The notes under the pieces were generated by a model, which saw nothing but the letters and a program-made list of their open reading frames with translations, was not told the origin of the DNA and made no database searches. A stretch of 32,000 bases of DNA from Sphingobium bisphenolivorans (GTDB taxonomy: Bacteria; Pseudomonadota; Alphaproteobacteria; Sphingomonadales; Sphingomonadaceae): the NCBI RefSeq assembly GCF_000412635.1, contig NZ_ASTG01000006.1, positions 3,254-35,253 of the forward strand, given 5' to 3'. Of this stretch, positions 16,278 through 26,254 are shown one piece after another. The position numbers and the translations under genes were made by a program. The stretch's first letter is position 1, and each line of letters opens with the position of its first letter.

Positions 16278-17840
16278 ATGCATTACATCATCACCCGCCA
16301 TCCCAAGCTCGCTGCCCTGCTCGCCGGATTCATCGCGGCAACAGGCTTCGAGCCGCTCAAGCTCTGGCCTGTCACCCTCGCCTGCTTCGCGCTGCTCATC
16401 GCGCTGATCGAGCGCGCGCCCGACCGTCGCTCCGCCTTCCTGCGCGGCTGGTTGTTCGGCGTCGGCCATTTCACGCTCGGCCTCAACTGGATTGCCCACG
16501 CCTTCACCTTCCAGGACGCGATGCCGCACTGGTTCGGCTACGGCGCGGTCGTCCTGCTGTCTCTTTATCTCGCGGTTTATCCCGGCCTCGCCACGTTGGG
16601 CGCCTGGTGGCTACAAAGCAGCGTTTTCCTGCCGAGGCAGAAGCACGGAAATCTCACCGTGCCCCTCCTCTTCGCGGCCACCTGGCTCGCAACAGAATAT
16701 CTTCGGGCTGTCATCTTCACAGGTTTCGCCTGGAACCCGTTGGGGGCAACGCTGCTGCCGACCGGCATCGCCATCGCCTCAACCCTCATCGGCACCTACG
16801 GCCTGGGCGCCCTCACCATTCTTGCGTCCGGCGCACTTCTCCTCGTCTCGCGCCGCCAGTTCACGCCCGCCGCAGCCATCGCCGTCCCCCTCCTGGCGCT
16901 TGCTGCATGGGGCCTGTTATCGCCAGCACCGCCCGCCGGGACAGGCGCCCCCCGCATCCGCGTCGTTCAGCCCAACATCGGCCAGGACGAGAAATATTCG
17001 CCCGAACTGGAGCAAGCACATTTCCGCACCCTGGCGACGCTCTCCGGCACGCCTCGCCCGGCGCCCCGCCTGATCTTCTGGCCCGAGGCGGCGATCCCCG
17101 CCTATCTCGATATGGAGCCGGAATGGCGCACTCGTCTCGCTAGCCTGCTCGGCCCCGGCGATCTGCTGATGACCGGTGCCACCAAGGTCTATTTCAAGCA
17201 GGTCGAAAAGAACGGCTATGCTGAAAATGTGCTGGCCGGCGCGAACAACAGCCTGTTCGTCGTGACGCCCGACGCTCGGCTCGCCGCGCGCTACGACAAG
17301 TCGCATCTCGTACCCTATGGCGAATATCTGCCGATGCGATCGATCCTCCAGCCGATAGGCCTCTCCCGCCTCGTTCCCGGCGACGCCGATTTCTGGCCGG
17401 GTCCCGGGCCCCAAAGCCTCACCCTGCCCGCAACGCTCGGCCGCCCGGAACTCAAGATGGGCGTGCAGATCTGCTACGAGATCATCTTCTCGGGCCAGGT
17501 CGTCGACTCCGCGCATCGCCCCTCCTTCCTCTTCAACCCCTCGAACGATGCCTGGTTCGGCAGTTGGGGTCCCGTCCAGCACCTGGCCCAAGCCCGCCTT
17601 CGCGCGATCGAGGAAGCGCTGCCGATCATCCGCTCCACGCCGACCGGCGTCTCCGCCGTGATCGACGCCCGCGGCCATGTGCTGAGCGCACTCGGCCTCC
17701 ACCGCGCAGGCTTCCTCGACACCGGCCTTCCCTCGGCGCTGCCGCCGACCCTTTTCTCCCGCCTTGGGAATTGGGCGCCCTTCCTCTTCATGGCGCTTCT
17801 CCTCGCTCTCGCCATTGCCACCCGCAGAACGACCCGCTAA
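16278..17840 (+). CDS. lnt: Apolipoprotein N-acyltransferase
   Basis: [34 protein letters not shown]...[13 protein letters not shown]...[11 protein letters not shown]...GAN NSLFVV...[12 protein letters not shown]...[14 protein letters not shown]...[10 protein letters not shown]: nitrilase-type catalytic residues. Confidence 0.95.
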   Translation: MHYIITRHPKLAALLAGFIAATGFEPLKLWPVTLACFALLIALIERAPDRRSAFLRGWLFGVGHFTLGLNWIAHAFTFQDAMPHWFGYGAVVLLSLYLAVYPGLATLGAWWLQSSVFLPRQKHGNLTVPLLFAATWLATEYLRAVIFTGFAWNPLGATLLPTGIAIASTLIGTYGLGALTILASGALLLVSRRQFTPAAAIAVPLLALAAWGLLSPAPPAGTGAPRIRVVQPNIGQDEKYSPELEQAHFRTLATLSGTPRPAPRLIFWPEAAIPAYLDMEPEWRTRLASLLGPGDLLMTGATKVYFKQVEKNGYAENVLAGANNSLFVVTPDARLAARYDKSHLVPYGEYLPMRSILQPIGLSRLVPGDADFWPGPGPQSLTLPATLGRPELKMGVQICYEIIFSGQVVDSAHRPSFLFNPSNDAWFGSWGPVQHLAQARLRAIEEALPIIRSTPTGVSAVIDARGHVLSALGLHRAGFLDTGLPSALPPTLFSRLGNWAPFLFMALLLALAIATRRTTR

Positions 17841-17845
17841 TAGCC

Positions 17846-17865
17846 ACATAAACTTTTCTTTATGT
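17846..17865. promoter_or_regulatory. Perfect palindrome in metK leader (candidate regulator operator)
   Basis: ACATAAA-cttttc-TTTATGT, 33 nt upstream of the metK ATG. Confidence 0.55.
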
Positions 17866-17898
17866 CGCTTGTCCGCACTGCGTGCTAACGGGAGTCCC

Positions 17899-19104
17899 AT
17901 GCGCAACAATTATCTCTTCACCTCGGAATCAGTGTCCGAAGGCCATCCCGACAAGGTCGCTGACCAGATCTCCGACGCCATCGTCGACCTGTTCCTTTCG
18001 AAGGATCCCGAAGCGCGCATCGCGTGCGAAACGCTGACCACGACTCAACTCGTCGTCCTCGCCGGCGAAATCCGCTGCAAGGGCGTCTATGAAAATGATG
18101 CCTGGGCTCCCGGTGCCCAGGAAGAGATCGAACGCACCGTCCGCGAAACGGTGAAGCGCATCGGCTATGAGCAGGACGGCTTCCATTGGGAAAGCTTCCG
18201 CTTCGAAAACAATCTTCACGGGCAGTCCGCGCACATCGCGCAGGGCGTCGACGCCGCTGGCAACAAGGATGAAGGCGCTGGCGACCAGGGCATCATGTTC
18301 GGCTTCGCCTGCGACGAAACCCCCGACCTCATGCCCGCCACGCTCGACTACAGCCACAAGATCCTGGCGAAGATGGCCGCCGACCGCCACTCCGGCCGCG
18401 CCCCCTTCCTTGAGCCGGACGCCAAGAGCCAGGTCACGCTGCGCTTCGAAAACGGCAAGCCTGCCGCCGCCACCGCCATTGTTGTCTCGACCCAGCACGC
18501 GCCCGGCTATGATCAGGGCGATAAGGAAGCCGAACTCAAAAACTATGTGAAGGGCGTCGTCGCCGAGGTTCTTCCCGGCGAACTGCTCTCGGCCGAGACG
18601 GTGTACCACATCAACCCGACCGGCAGCTTCGAAATCGGCGGCCCCGATGGCGATGCTGGCCTCACCGGCCGCAAGATCATCGTGGACACCTATGGCGGCG
18701 CTTCGCCCCATGGCGGTGGGGCCTTCTCGGGCAAGGACCCGACTAAGGTCGATCGCTCCGCCGCCTATATCACCCGCTACCTGGCGAAAAACATCGTCGC
18801 CGCCGGCCTCGCCCGCCGCTGCACGATTCAGCTCGCCTATGCGATTGGCGTTTCGGAACCTTTGTCGCTTTATGTCGACACCCATGGCACCGGAACAGTC
18901 GCCGATGACCGCATCGAAAATGCGATCAAGGGCATCACCGAGTTGGGAGGCCTTACCCCGCGCGGTATCCGCACGCATCTTGGCCTCAACAAGCCGATCT
19001 ACCAGCCGTCGGCGGCCTATGGCCACTTTGGTCGCAAGGCGGAAGGCGACTTCTTCCCCTGGGAGCGCACTGATCTGGTGGAAAAGCTCAAGGCCGCCCT
19101 TTAA
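17899..19104 (+). CDS. metK: S-adenosylmethionine synthetase (methionine adenosyltransferase)
   Basis: [30 protein letters not shown]...[15 protein letters not shown]...[14 protein letters not shown]. Confidence 0.98.
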   Translation: MRNNYLFTSESVSEGHPDKVADQISDAIVDLFLSKDPEARIACETLTTTQLVVLAGEIRCKGVYENDAWAPGAQEEIERTVRETVKRIGYEQDGFHWESFRFENNLHGQSAHIAQGVDAAGNKDEGAGDQGIMFGFACDETPDLMPATLDYSHKILAKMAADRHSGRAPFLEPDAKSQVTLRFENGKPAAATAIVVSTQHAPGYDQGDKEAELKNYVKGVVAEVLPGELLSAETVYHINPTGSFEIGGPDGDAGLTGRKIIVDTYGGASPHGGGAFSGKDPTKVDRSAAYITRYLAKNIVAAGLARRCTIQLAYAIGVSEPLSLYVDTHGTGTVADDRIENAIKGITELGGLTPRGIRTHLGLNKPIYQPSAAYGHFGRKAEGDFFPWERTDLVEKLKAAL

Positions 19105-19121
19105 ACTTTTTTCCGTTATCG

Positions 19122-19157
19122 AAGAAGGGCGCGAAACCTGTGTTTCGCGCCCTTCTT
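19122..19157 (+). terminator. Intrinsic-type terminator hairpin after metK
   Basis: 16-bp perfect stem AAGAAGGGCGCGAAAC-ctgt-GTTTCGCGCCCTTCTT; no long T tract afterwards. Confidence 0.75.
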
Positions 19158-19163
19158 AGTTGC

Positions 19164-19206
19164 TTGACTTCCCCTTTTTCGTTTCCTATGCGTTCTCCAT
19201 CCGTTC
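19164..19206 (+). promoter_or_regulatory. lexA promoter with alphaproteobacterial SOS box
   Basis: TTGACT (19164-19169), 17-nt spacer, TATGCG (19187-19192), then GTTC-tccatcc-GTTC (19192-19206), exact GTTC-N7-GTTC. Confidence 0.85.
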
Positions 19207-19222
19207 CAAGGAGGGCACGCAG

Positions 19223-19894
19223 ATGTTGACACCCAAGCAACAGGAATTGCTCAGCTTCATTCAGATCCGGTTGGAGGAAGACGGCGTGTCTCCTTCCTTC
19301 GAGGAGATGAAGGAAGCGCTCGACCTGCGTTCCAAGTCCGGCATTCATCGGCTTATCAACGCACTGGAGGAACGCGGCTTCATCCGGCGGCTCGCCAATC
19401 GCGCTCGTGCGCTGGAGGTGCTCAAGCTTCCCGAAGCCATGCATCGCGCGCCAAAGGCGGTAGCTTCGTCAAAGCCGCAACTGCCCGCCAGCCCTCCTAT
19501 GGCGGCTAATGACGTCGTTGAAATCCCGCTCCATGGACGCATCGCCGCAGGCGTGCCGATCGAAGCGCTGGAGGGGCAGAATATGCTCTCGGTGCCCGCC
19601 GCGCTGCTTGGAGCCGGCGATCATTATGCTCTCGAGGTCGCCGGAGACTCGATGATTGAAGCAGGCATATTGGACGGCGATTTTGCATTGATCCAACGCA
19701 CCGAGGTCGCGCGCGAGGGGGAGATCGTCGTGGCGCTTGTCGAGGAAAGCGAGGCGACGCTCAAATATTTCCGCCGGGAAGGGCCAAAAGTCCGGCTCGA
19801 TCCGGCCAACAGCGCCTATGAGGCGCAGATCTACGATCCGCGTCAGGTTCGCATTCAGGGCCGATTGGCTGGGCTGTTGCGGCGATATAACTGA
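19223..19894 (+). CDS. lexA: LexA repressor
   Basis: [66 protein letters not shown]; AG cleavage site ([11 protein letters not shown]), catalytic Ser (GDSMIEAG) and Lys (EATLKYFRR). Confidence 0.97.
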   Translation: MLTPKQQELLSFIQIRLEEDGVSPSFEEMKEALDLRSKSGIHRLINALEERGFIRRLANRARALEVLKLPEAMHRAPKAVASSKPQLPASPPMAANDVVEIPLHGRIAAGVPIEALEGQNMLSVPAALLGAGDHYALEVAGDSMIEAGILDGDFALIQRTEVAREGEIVVALVEESEATLKYFRREGPKVRLDPANSAYEAQIYDPRQVRIQGRLAGLLRRYN

Positions 19895-22047
19895 CGATCG
19901 GTCGGCCGCGCCCTACTCGGTGGCGCGGCTATCCAGGGATGCTCGTCACCGACTGTCCTGACGGTGCGGACGCCAGGATCGTCGAGATAGATGGCGAGTC
20001 CGCCAGTATGATGGAGCAGCCACTTGTCTGCCTTCAGCCAACGGGGACGACAGCTGCGCGGAAGACGGCGGTCGCTGACCACAATGTCCGCGCCGGCACA
20101 ATCATGCGCCAGCCGTTGGGCGTCGACCATCGTGCTGGAACGGGTAACCAGCAGGCTCCACATCCGGTCCGGTCCTTTGAGGTGAACGGCGCACAGATCG
20201 ACCGAGCATCTCGCCTGCGACAGCGAAGCGATGGCTTCCAGGGCACCATCATATCCAGCGCTTTCGCCCATGCTGTCACGAATATAGTCGCCGGCACCCT
20301 CGCGAAGGATCGCCATGGCGCCGCTTTCCGTGCGTATCGCCACATGCCGGCCGTCGCCCGTGACGAGGATGGCGGGAGGCGCATTCAGCCCGATCATGAC
20401 CATCCCGGTCGCCACTGGCAGCAATCCCGCCCATCTCCATGCAGTCCGCCACAGCAGACACCATAATCCACCCATGACGATCAGACCGAAGCTCGCCGCC
20501 GATTGGATCGGCGCAGCCATTACCGCCCATGGGCTCGCGGAAATCGAATGAGCGATCCACAATAGCAGGTCCAGCGCGCGCGATGTCAGCCACCAGAACG
20601 GCGCGCCCAGTCCCAAGATGTCGAATAGCAATGCCGCCGCCTCCAACGGCATGACGACAAAAGTCGTGAGCGGTATCGCGACGAGGTTCGCCAGCGAGCC
20701 GAGCATCCCTGCCTTGTGGAAATGGAACAAAGCAATGGGAGCGAGGACCAGTTCCACCGCCAGACCGGTAGCAAGCATGACAGCAAGTGATCGGCCGGCC
20801 TTGCGCCATACCGCCTCGTCCCTGCCGCCGGCGAAGGCGCGAAAGCGCGGATGCTCGCTCAGCGATACCAGCGCGATCACGGCGGCAAAGCTCATCTGAA
20901 AACTTGGTCCAACCAAGGCCTCTGGCCATAGCAGCAAGACGACTAACGCTCCTGCCGCCACCAGCCTCAGCGTAAGGGCATCCCGGCCCAATGCCAGTCC
21001 GCCCAGGACCAGCAGTGCCGCGACGCAGGACCGGACCGTAGGCACCTCCGCGCCGGTCAGAAGCGTGTAGCCTATCCCCGCCAGGGCGCCGCCTGCCGCC
21101 GCGATCAGCATCAGTGGCCAATCGAGCGCAGCGCGACGGCTGAGTGCCATGCATCGCGTCAGGATGAACACGACGGCCGCGATCAGCGCCGTGACATGCA
21201 GGCCACTGATCGACAGCAGATGCGCCAGGCCGCTGCGCCGCATCGCGTCCGCATCCTCCAGCTCAATGCCGCCCTGATCCCCGGTCGCCAGAGCAGCCGC
21301 AATCCCCGCGCCCTGCCCTCCGGCCTGCTGAAGGATATGCGCAAAGAGGCGCGAACGCAGCGGAGGTTCCATCGTTGCCGGCTCCAGAACGGCAACGGGC
21401 TTGAGCGCCCGGCCTGTCGCGCCGATGCCTGAGAAATAGGCGCGCATCGCAAAGTCATATCCGCCGGGCAGGTTCGGTGGAGCAGGCGGCATCAGGCGCG
21501 CGCGGAACCTGATTACAGCCCCTTCTCCCACACCTCCAGGCATGTCGCCGTCCGCGATATTCACGCGAACCAGCCGGGGCAGGTCCGGCCTGCTGCGCGG
21601 TCGAACGAGAATGCGACTCATCCGCTGCGCCGGCACGCTATTGACCGCCTGAACCTCGCCCACCATCTCGACAAAGGCCGGTCGAGTGAGGGCAGGCTGT
21701 CCCCAAATGATCGCCTTGGTCCAGATCAAAAGGCAGCCGAAGGCCGCCAGAAACCCGCCGAGAATGAACAACCGCCGCAGCCTGCTGCCTGCCGGCAGCA
21801 GCAACGCCGCGCAGCACAGACCCACCATCGAAATACAAAAGGTAAGCCATTCCAAGCGATTAGGCAGAACCATCCAGGCGACTACGCCAAAACCGAGCGC
21901 TACCGGAACCCAGAGCGCCAGCTGCTCCCGCTCCTGCTCCAGCCATCCCTCCAATCGCGTAAAACAGGCCTGCATTCTCCGCTCCACATTCCCGGAAACG
22001 GAGGTTTGTCGTGGCTCAAAAGCCATGCTAGGGGGCGCAGCGATCAT
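19855..22047 (-). CDS. comEC: ComEC/Rec2 family DNA internalization protein
   Basis: ...[36 protein letters not shown]...[52 protein letters not shown]...[18 protein letters not shown]; multiple TM. Start codon within the 3231-nt track ORF uncertain (22047 or 21975). Confidence 0.9.
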   Translation of the reverse strand: MIAAPPSMAFEPRQTSVSGNVERRMQACFTRLEGWLEQEREQLALWVPVALGFGVVAWMVLPNRLEWLTFCISMVGLCCAALLLPAGSRLRRLFILGGFLAAFGCLLIWTKAIIWGQPALTRPAFVEMVGEVQAVNSVPAQRMSRILVRPRSRPDLPRLVRVNIADGDMPGGVGEGAVIRFRARLMPPAPPNLPGGYDFAMRAYFSGIGATGRALKPVAVLEPATMEPPLRSRLFAHILQQAGGQGAGIAAALATGDQGGIELEDADAMRRSGLAHLLSISGLHVTALIAAVVFILTRCMALSRRAALDWPLMLIAAAGGALAGIGYTLLTGAEVPTVRSCVAALLVLGGLALGRDALTLRLVAAGALVVLLLWPEALVGPSFQMSFAAVIALVSLSEHPRFRAFAGGRDEAVWRKAGRSLAVMLATGLAVELVLAPIALFHFHKAGMLGSLANLVAIPLTTFVVMPLEAAALLFDILGLGAPFWWLTSRALDLLLWIAHSISASPWAVMAAPIQSAASFGLIVMGGLWCLLWRTAWRWAGLLPVATGMVMIGLNAPPAILVTGDGRHVAIRTESGAMAILREGAGDYIRDSMGESAGYDGALEAIASLSQARCSVDLCAVHLKGPDRMWSLLVTRSSTMVDAQRLAHDCAGADIVVSDRRLPRSCRPRWLKADKWLLHHTGGLAIYLDDPGVRTVRTVGDEHPWIAAPPSRARPTDRQLYRRNSPANRP

Positions 22048-22062
22048 GGATGGGCAGGACGA

Positions 22063-23517
22063 ATGTCGGGGAATGAAGCGGTGAGTGCGAAGGGTTCGGA
22101 CAGACAGGTAGTAACCCGTTTTGCGCCGTCGCCTACCGGTTTTCTTCATATCGGCGGCGCGCGGACTGCTCTTTTCAACTGGCTGTTCGCGCGGCACCAT
22201 GGCGGCAAGTTCCTGCTGCGCATCGAAGACACGGATCGTGCCCGTTCCACCGAAGAAGCAGTAGCTGCGATTTTCGACGGTCTGGAATGGCTCGGGCTGA
22301 TGGGTGATGAGCCAGCGATATTCCAGTTCGAGCGCACGCCCCGCCATGCCGAGGTTGCCCACCAGCTGTTGGCTGCCGGGCACGCTTATCGCTGCTACGC
22401 CACGCCTGAGGAACTCGCCGAACTGCGTGAACAGCAGCGGGCGGCCAAGCAGCCGATGCGCTATGATGGCCGCTGGCGCGACCGCGACCCCTCGGAAGCT
22501 CCGGCGGGCGCGCCCTTCGTGATCCGCCTGAAGGCGGCGCGCGAAGGTGAGACTGCCATCGAGGACGCGGTACAGGGCCGCGTGGTCGTGCAGAATGCAG
22601 AATTGGACGATATGATCCTGCTGCGTTCCGACGGCACCCCCACCTACATGCTGGCCGTGGTGGTCGATGATCACGACATGGGCATCACCCATGTGATACG
22701 TGGCGACGATCACCTCAACAACGCCTTTCGGCAGCTCGGCATCATCAAGGCGATGGGTTGGGAAGAGCCGGTCTACGCGCACATCCCGCTCATCCACGGT
22801 TCCGATGGCGCAAAGCTTTCCAAGCGCCATGGGGCGTTGGGTGTCGATGCCTATCGCGATGAAATGGGGATGCTGCCTGAAGCAGTGCTGAACTATCTCC
22901 TGCGCCTTGGCTGGGGTTATGGCGACGAGGAAATCATCGCTCGCGACAGGGCTGTCGAACTGTTCGACATCGGCGGCGTCGGCCGTTCCCCCTCGCGGTT
23001 CGACATCAAGAAGCTGGAGAACCTGAACGGCCATTATCTTCGTGAAGCCGACGATGCCCGCCTGGCGGAGCTGGTGGCCCCGCACCTAGCGGATCGCCTG
23101 GGACGGTCACTGCCGGACCACTGCTTGCCGCTCCTCGAACAGGCCATGCCGTCCCTGAAGCCCCGCGCGAAGACGCTTAATGAAATTGCGGAGGGGGCCG
23201 AATTCCTGTTCAAAAATTGCCCGCTCGATTTTGACGAAAAGGCTTCGGCTCTGCTAGACGAATCGGCGCGTGCGCTGCTGGGCAAGACAGCCGATGCTCT
23301 TGAGCCCGTTCAGTCCTGGACGGTCGAAGCAATCGAGGAAGCGATTCGCCGCGTGGCAGAGGATGCTGGATTGGGGCTGGGCAAGGTCGCACAGCCCCTG
23401 CGCGCGGCGCTGACCGGACGCACGGTTTCGCCGGGAATTTTTGACGTCCTTTTCCTGCTGGGGAAGGCGGAGAGCTTGGAACGACTGGACGCTGTAAGGC
23501 ACGCATCGGCCGGTTGA
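22063..23517 (+). CDS. gltX: Glutamate--tRNA ligase
   Basis: [44 protein letters not shown] (HIGH-type motif), [11 protein letters not shown] (KMSKS-type). Start could be ATG 22063 or GTG 22081. Confidence 0.96.
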   Translation: MSGNEAVSAKGSDRQVVTRFAPSPTGFLHIGGARTALFNWLFARHHGGKFLLRIEDTDRARSTEEAVAAIFDGLEWLGLMGDEPAIFQFERTPRHAEVAHQLLAAGHAYRCYATPEELAELREQQRAAKQPMRYDGRWRDRDPSEAPAGAPFVIRLKAAREGETAIEDAVQGRVVVQNAELDDMILLRSDGTPTYMLAVVVDDHDMGITHVIRGDDHLNNAFRQLGIIKAMGWEEPVYAHIPLIHGSDGAKLSKRHGALGVDAYRDEMGMLPEAVLNYLLRLGWGYGDEEIIARDRAVELFDIGGVGRSPSRFDIKKLENLNGHYLREADDARLAELVAPHLADRLGRSLPDHCLPLLEQAMPSLKPRAKTLNEIAEGAEFLFKNCPLDFDEKASALLDESARALLGKTADALEPVQSWTVEAIEEAIRRVAEDAGLGLGKVAQPLRAALTGRTVSPGIFDVLFLLGKAESLERLDAVRHASAG

Positions 23518-23535
23518 CGAATCAAGGAGAACGAG

Positions 23536-24822
23536 ATGTCGGATAATAATGCTACGTTGGCCGTGGGCGGCGAAGCGAAGGACTATGCGATCCTCAGCGG
23601 TTCTGTGGGACCGCAGGTCATCGACGTCCGCAAGCTTTACGCGAACACCGGGATGTTCACCTACGATCCGGGCTTCACCTCGACGGCCAGCTGCGACTCC
23701 GGCTTGACCTATATCGATGGCGATGCCGGCGTGCTGCTGCACCGCGGCTATCCGATCGACCAGCTCGCCGAGCAGTCGAGCTTCATGGAAGTGTCCTATC
23801 TCCTCCTGAACGGCGAGTTGCCCTCGAAGAAGGAACTGGAGGACTTCACCCGCACGATCAAGCGCCACACCATGGTGCATGAGCAGCTGACCACATTCTA
23901 CCGCGGCTTCCGTCGCGACGCGCACCCCATGGCGATCATGTGCGGCGTGGTCGGCGCGCTGTCAGCCTTCTACCATGACTCGACCGACATCAACGATCCG
24001 GAACAGCGCAAGATCGCGAGCCACCGTCTGATCGCCAAGATGCCGACGATTGCGGCAATGGCCTATAAATATTCGGTGGGTCAGCCGTTCGTCTATCCCC
24101 GCAACGACCTGTCCTACACCGCGAACTTCCTGAACATGACCTTCTCCGTCCCGGCGGAGGAATATGTCATCGATCCGGTCGTCGTCGATGCGATGGACAA
24201 GATTTTCACGCTGCATGCCGACCATGAGCAGAATGCCTCGACCTCGACCGTGCGCCTTGCAGGGTCTTCGGGCGCCAACCCCTTCGCATGCATCGCGGCG
24301 GGCATTGCCTGCCTCTGGGGTCCGGCGCATGGCGGTGCGAACGAAGCCGCGCTCAACATGCTTCGCGAGATCGGCACGGTCGACCGTATCCCGGAATATA
24401 TCGCCCGCGCCAAGAACAAGGACGATCCGTTCCGCCTGATGGGCTTCGGTCACCGCGTCTACAAGAATTACGATCCGCGCGCGACCGTCATGCAGAAGAC
24501 CGCCAAGGACGTTCTGGCGAAGCTCGGCGTCGACGATCCGATCTTCGACGTCGCCAAGGAACTGGAGCAGATCGCGCTCAACGATCCTTACTTCATCGAG
24601 AAGAAGCTCTACCCGAATGTCGACTTCTATTCCGGCGTGATCCTCTCGGCGATCGGTTTCCCGACCGAGATGTTCACCGTGCTCTTCGCCTTGGCTCGCA
24701 CCGTGGGTTGGGTCGCGCAGTGGAACGAAATGATTTCGGACCCAGCACAGAAGATCGGCCGCCCGCGCCAGCTCTACACCGGCCCGTCGCAGCGCGACTA
24801 TGTTCCGGTGGACAAGCGCTAA
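23536..24822 (+). CDS. gltA: Citrate synthase
   Basis: [53 protein letters not shown]...[14 protein letters not shown]...[19 protein letters not shown]. Confidence 0.98.
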   Translation: MSDNNATLAVGGEAKDYAILSGSVGPQVIDVRKLYANTGMFTYDPGFTSTASCDSGLTYIDGDAGVLLHRGYPIDQLAEQSSFMEVSYLLLNGELPSKKELEDFTRTIKRHTMVHEQLTTFYRGFRRDAHPMAIMCGVVGALSAFYHDSTDINDPEQRKIASHRLIAKMPTIAAMAYKYSVGQPFVYPRNDLSYTANFLNMTFSVPAEEYVIDPVVVDAMDKIFTLHADHEQNASTSTVRLAGSSGANPFACIAAGIACLWGPAHGGANEAALNMLREIGTVDRIPEYIARAKNKDDPFRLMGFGHRVYKNYDPRATVMQKTAKDVLAKLGVDDPIFDVAKELEQIALNDPYFIEKKLYPNVDFYSGVILSAIGFPTEMFTVLFALARTVGWVAQWNEMISDPAQKIGRPRQLYTGPSQRDYVPVDKR

Positions 24823-24843
24823 GGGGCCCAGCCTCACAAAGCG

Positions 24844-24870
24844 AAACGGCGCCTATCGGGCGCCGTTTTT
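24844..24870 (+). terminator. Rho-independent terminator after gltA
   Basis: AAACGGCGCC-tatcg-GGCGCCGTTT followed by TT; lies between the convergent gltA and HK-like genes. Confidence 0.85.
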
Positions 24871-24874
24871 CGTT

Positions 24875-26254
24875 TCAGCCGAGGGCGGGCAGCGAAAGGG
24901 TGAAGCGGGCGCCCCCACCCGGAGCCTCATCGACATGGATATCGCCACCCATCGCGCGAGCCAGGCGGCGGGAGATGAACAGCCCCAGGCCGCTGCCTCC
25001 CGGATCGTTGCGGCCGAGACGCTCGAACTTCGCAAACACACGTTCGCGGCTGTCGGCCGGCACCCCCTCGCCCTGGTCCAGCACCGCGATCCAGACCCGC
25101 TCTCGCTCGCGCCCGGTTTCCACGCGCACCTGAGAACCTTCGGGAGCATAGCGGATCGCGTTGCCGATCAGGTTCATCAGGATTTGCAAGGCTCGCCGGA
25201 ACTCCCCAACCGCTGGCGCGACGATGTCGGCGGCAGGCGTGATGACGGCAATATCCCGCTGCTGTGCCTTCACGACCAGCAAACCGGCAGCGCGCCGCCC
25301 GAGATCGGCAAGGTCGATCTCTTCGGCAATCACCGTGAAGTCGGGCCTGTCGATCGCCTGAAGATCCGCCAGATCGTCGATCAGCGCCATCAGATGCCGT
25401 CCTGCCGTTGCTATGTCGCCGGCATAACCCGCATAGTCGGGCCTCAACTCGCCATGGCCCTGCGCGCCGAGGAGATCGGCATTGGCGATGATCCGGCCCA
25501 GCGGTTGCCGCAGCGACCGGTCAAGCCTTTTGCTGAACTCGGCGGGATAGAGGACCGTCGGCTTGGGCAGCACCAGCGGCGCGGTCACGGCCCGCTCCAA
25601 CGGCAAGGCCGTGCCCCTATAGCCTAGCAGCTGCCCGCTGAGGTCAAACATGGGATAACCCGACAGGCGGTAGCTTTCCCCCTGCTTTCCGACCAGGCCC
25701 GCAAGCTGATCGTGGAAGGCGCGCCGCTGCGCAAAGCCGCGCAGGATGGCCAGATCGCCCTCGGCGTCGGGGTGCAATTCGAAATAGCTGGTAAAACGGC
25801 TGCCCGGCACCGGCGGCGACGCAGGCAGGGCACCTTCGCTGCCTGCCCCTTCCATCACCATCTGGAATCGAAGCTGGGTATCGATCTGCCACAGCCAGCC
25901 ATCCGCCAGCGACGCGATATCCGCTTCCCGCCGGGCAAGATCAAGGGTCGCGGTGACCGCCGTGCGCTCATGCCAGTCGATGACAGAGAGTTGCACAAGC
26001 TCATCATCCGCCCGCGCCCTTACCCACATCTCGATATCGCCGCTATCGCACGCCGCGACCACTGGGCGGGCGACAGGAACATGCAGATGCGCAACCAGTC
26101 TCGCTATGGCGGCCAGCTGCGGGATCGCAAGCCGTTCGCCCAAGTCGCCGCCCGCCTCCCGCTGCAAGGAAAGCAGCGGTTCGTCGGCGCTGAGCAGCCG
26201 CCCATCAAGTGCGACGGTCGCCCGAACGATGGCGGGAGGCGCCAGCATGTGCAT
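24875..26254 (-). CDS. Histidine-kinase-like protein with non-canonical H-box (His replaced by Arg)
   Basis: C-terminal FSKRLDRSLRQPLGRIIANADLL (degenerate H-box), ILMNLIGNAIRYAPEGS (N box), DQGEGVP (G1), FAKFER (F), GGSGLGLFISRRLARAMGGDI (G2). No obvious TM segment. TGATG junction with upstream gene. Confidence 0.85.
   Translation of the reverse strand: MHMLAPPAIVRATVALDGRLLSADEPLLSLQREAGGDLGERLAIPQLAAIARLVAHLHVPVARPVVAACDSGDIEMWVRARADDELVQLSVIDWHERTAVTATLDLARREADIASLADGWLWQIDTQLRFQMVMEGAGSEGALPASPPVPGSRFTSYFELHPDAEGDLAILRGFAQRRAFHDQLAGLVGKQGESYRLSGYPMFDLSGQLLGYRGTALPLERAVTAPLVLPKPTVLYPAEFSKRLDRSLRQPLGRIIANADLLGAQGHGELRPDYAGYAGDIATAGRHLMALIDDLADLQAIDRPDFTVIAEEIDLADLGRRAAGLLVVKAQQRDIAVITPAADIVAPAVGEFRRALQILMNLIGNAIRYAPEGSQVRVETGRERERVWIAVLDQGEGVPADSRERVFAKFERLGRNDPGGSGLGLFISRRLARAMGGDIHVDEAPGGGARFTLSLPALG

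Noticed and set aside
17866-17898. Possible SAM or SAM/SAH riboswitch before metK
   Set aside because: The leader is short and I could not match it to the SAM-II or SAM/SAH consensus. Only a 4-bp hairpin is visible, so it is mentioned as a weak structure only; a covariance-model search would decide.
16917-17909. 330-aa minus-strand ORF antisense to lnt
   Set aside because: Lnt catalytic motifs are clear on the plus strand; the antisense product has shadow-ORF composition.
17929-19026. 365-aa minus-strand ORF
   Set aside because: Exact antisense of metK, a common shadow ORF of conserved high-GC genes.
22048-23085. N-terminal ~345 aa of the long minus-strand comEC ORF
   Set aside because: This part is antisense to gltX. 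ComEC homology starts after [10 protein letters not shown], so the gene start was set at 22047.
23962-24837. 291-aa minus-strand ORF
   Set aside because: Antisense shadow of gltA.
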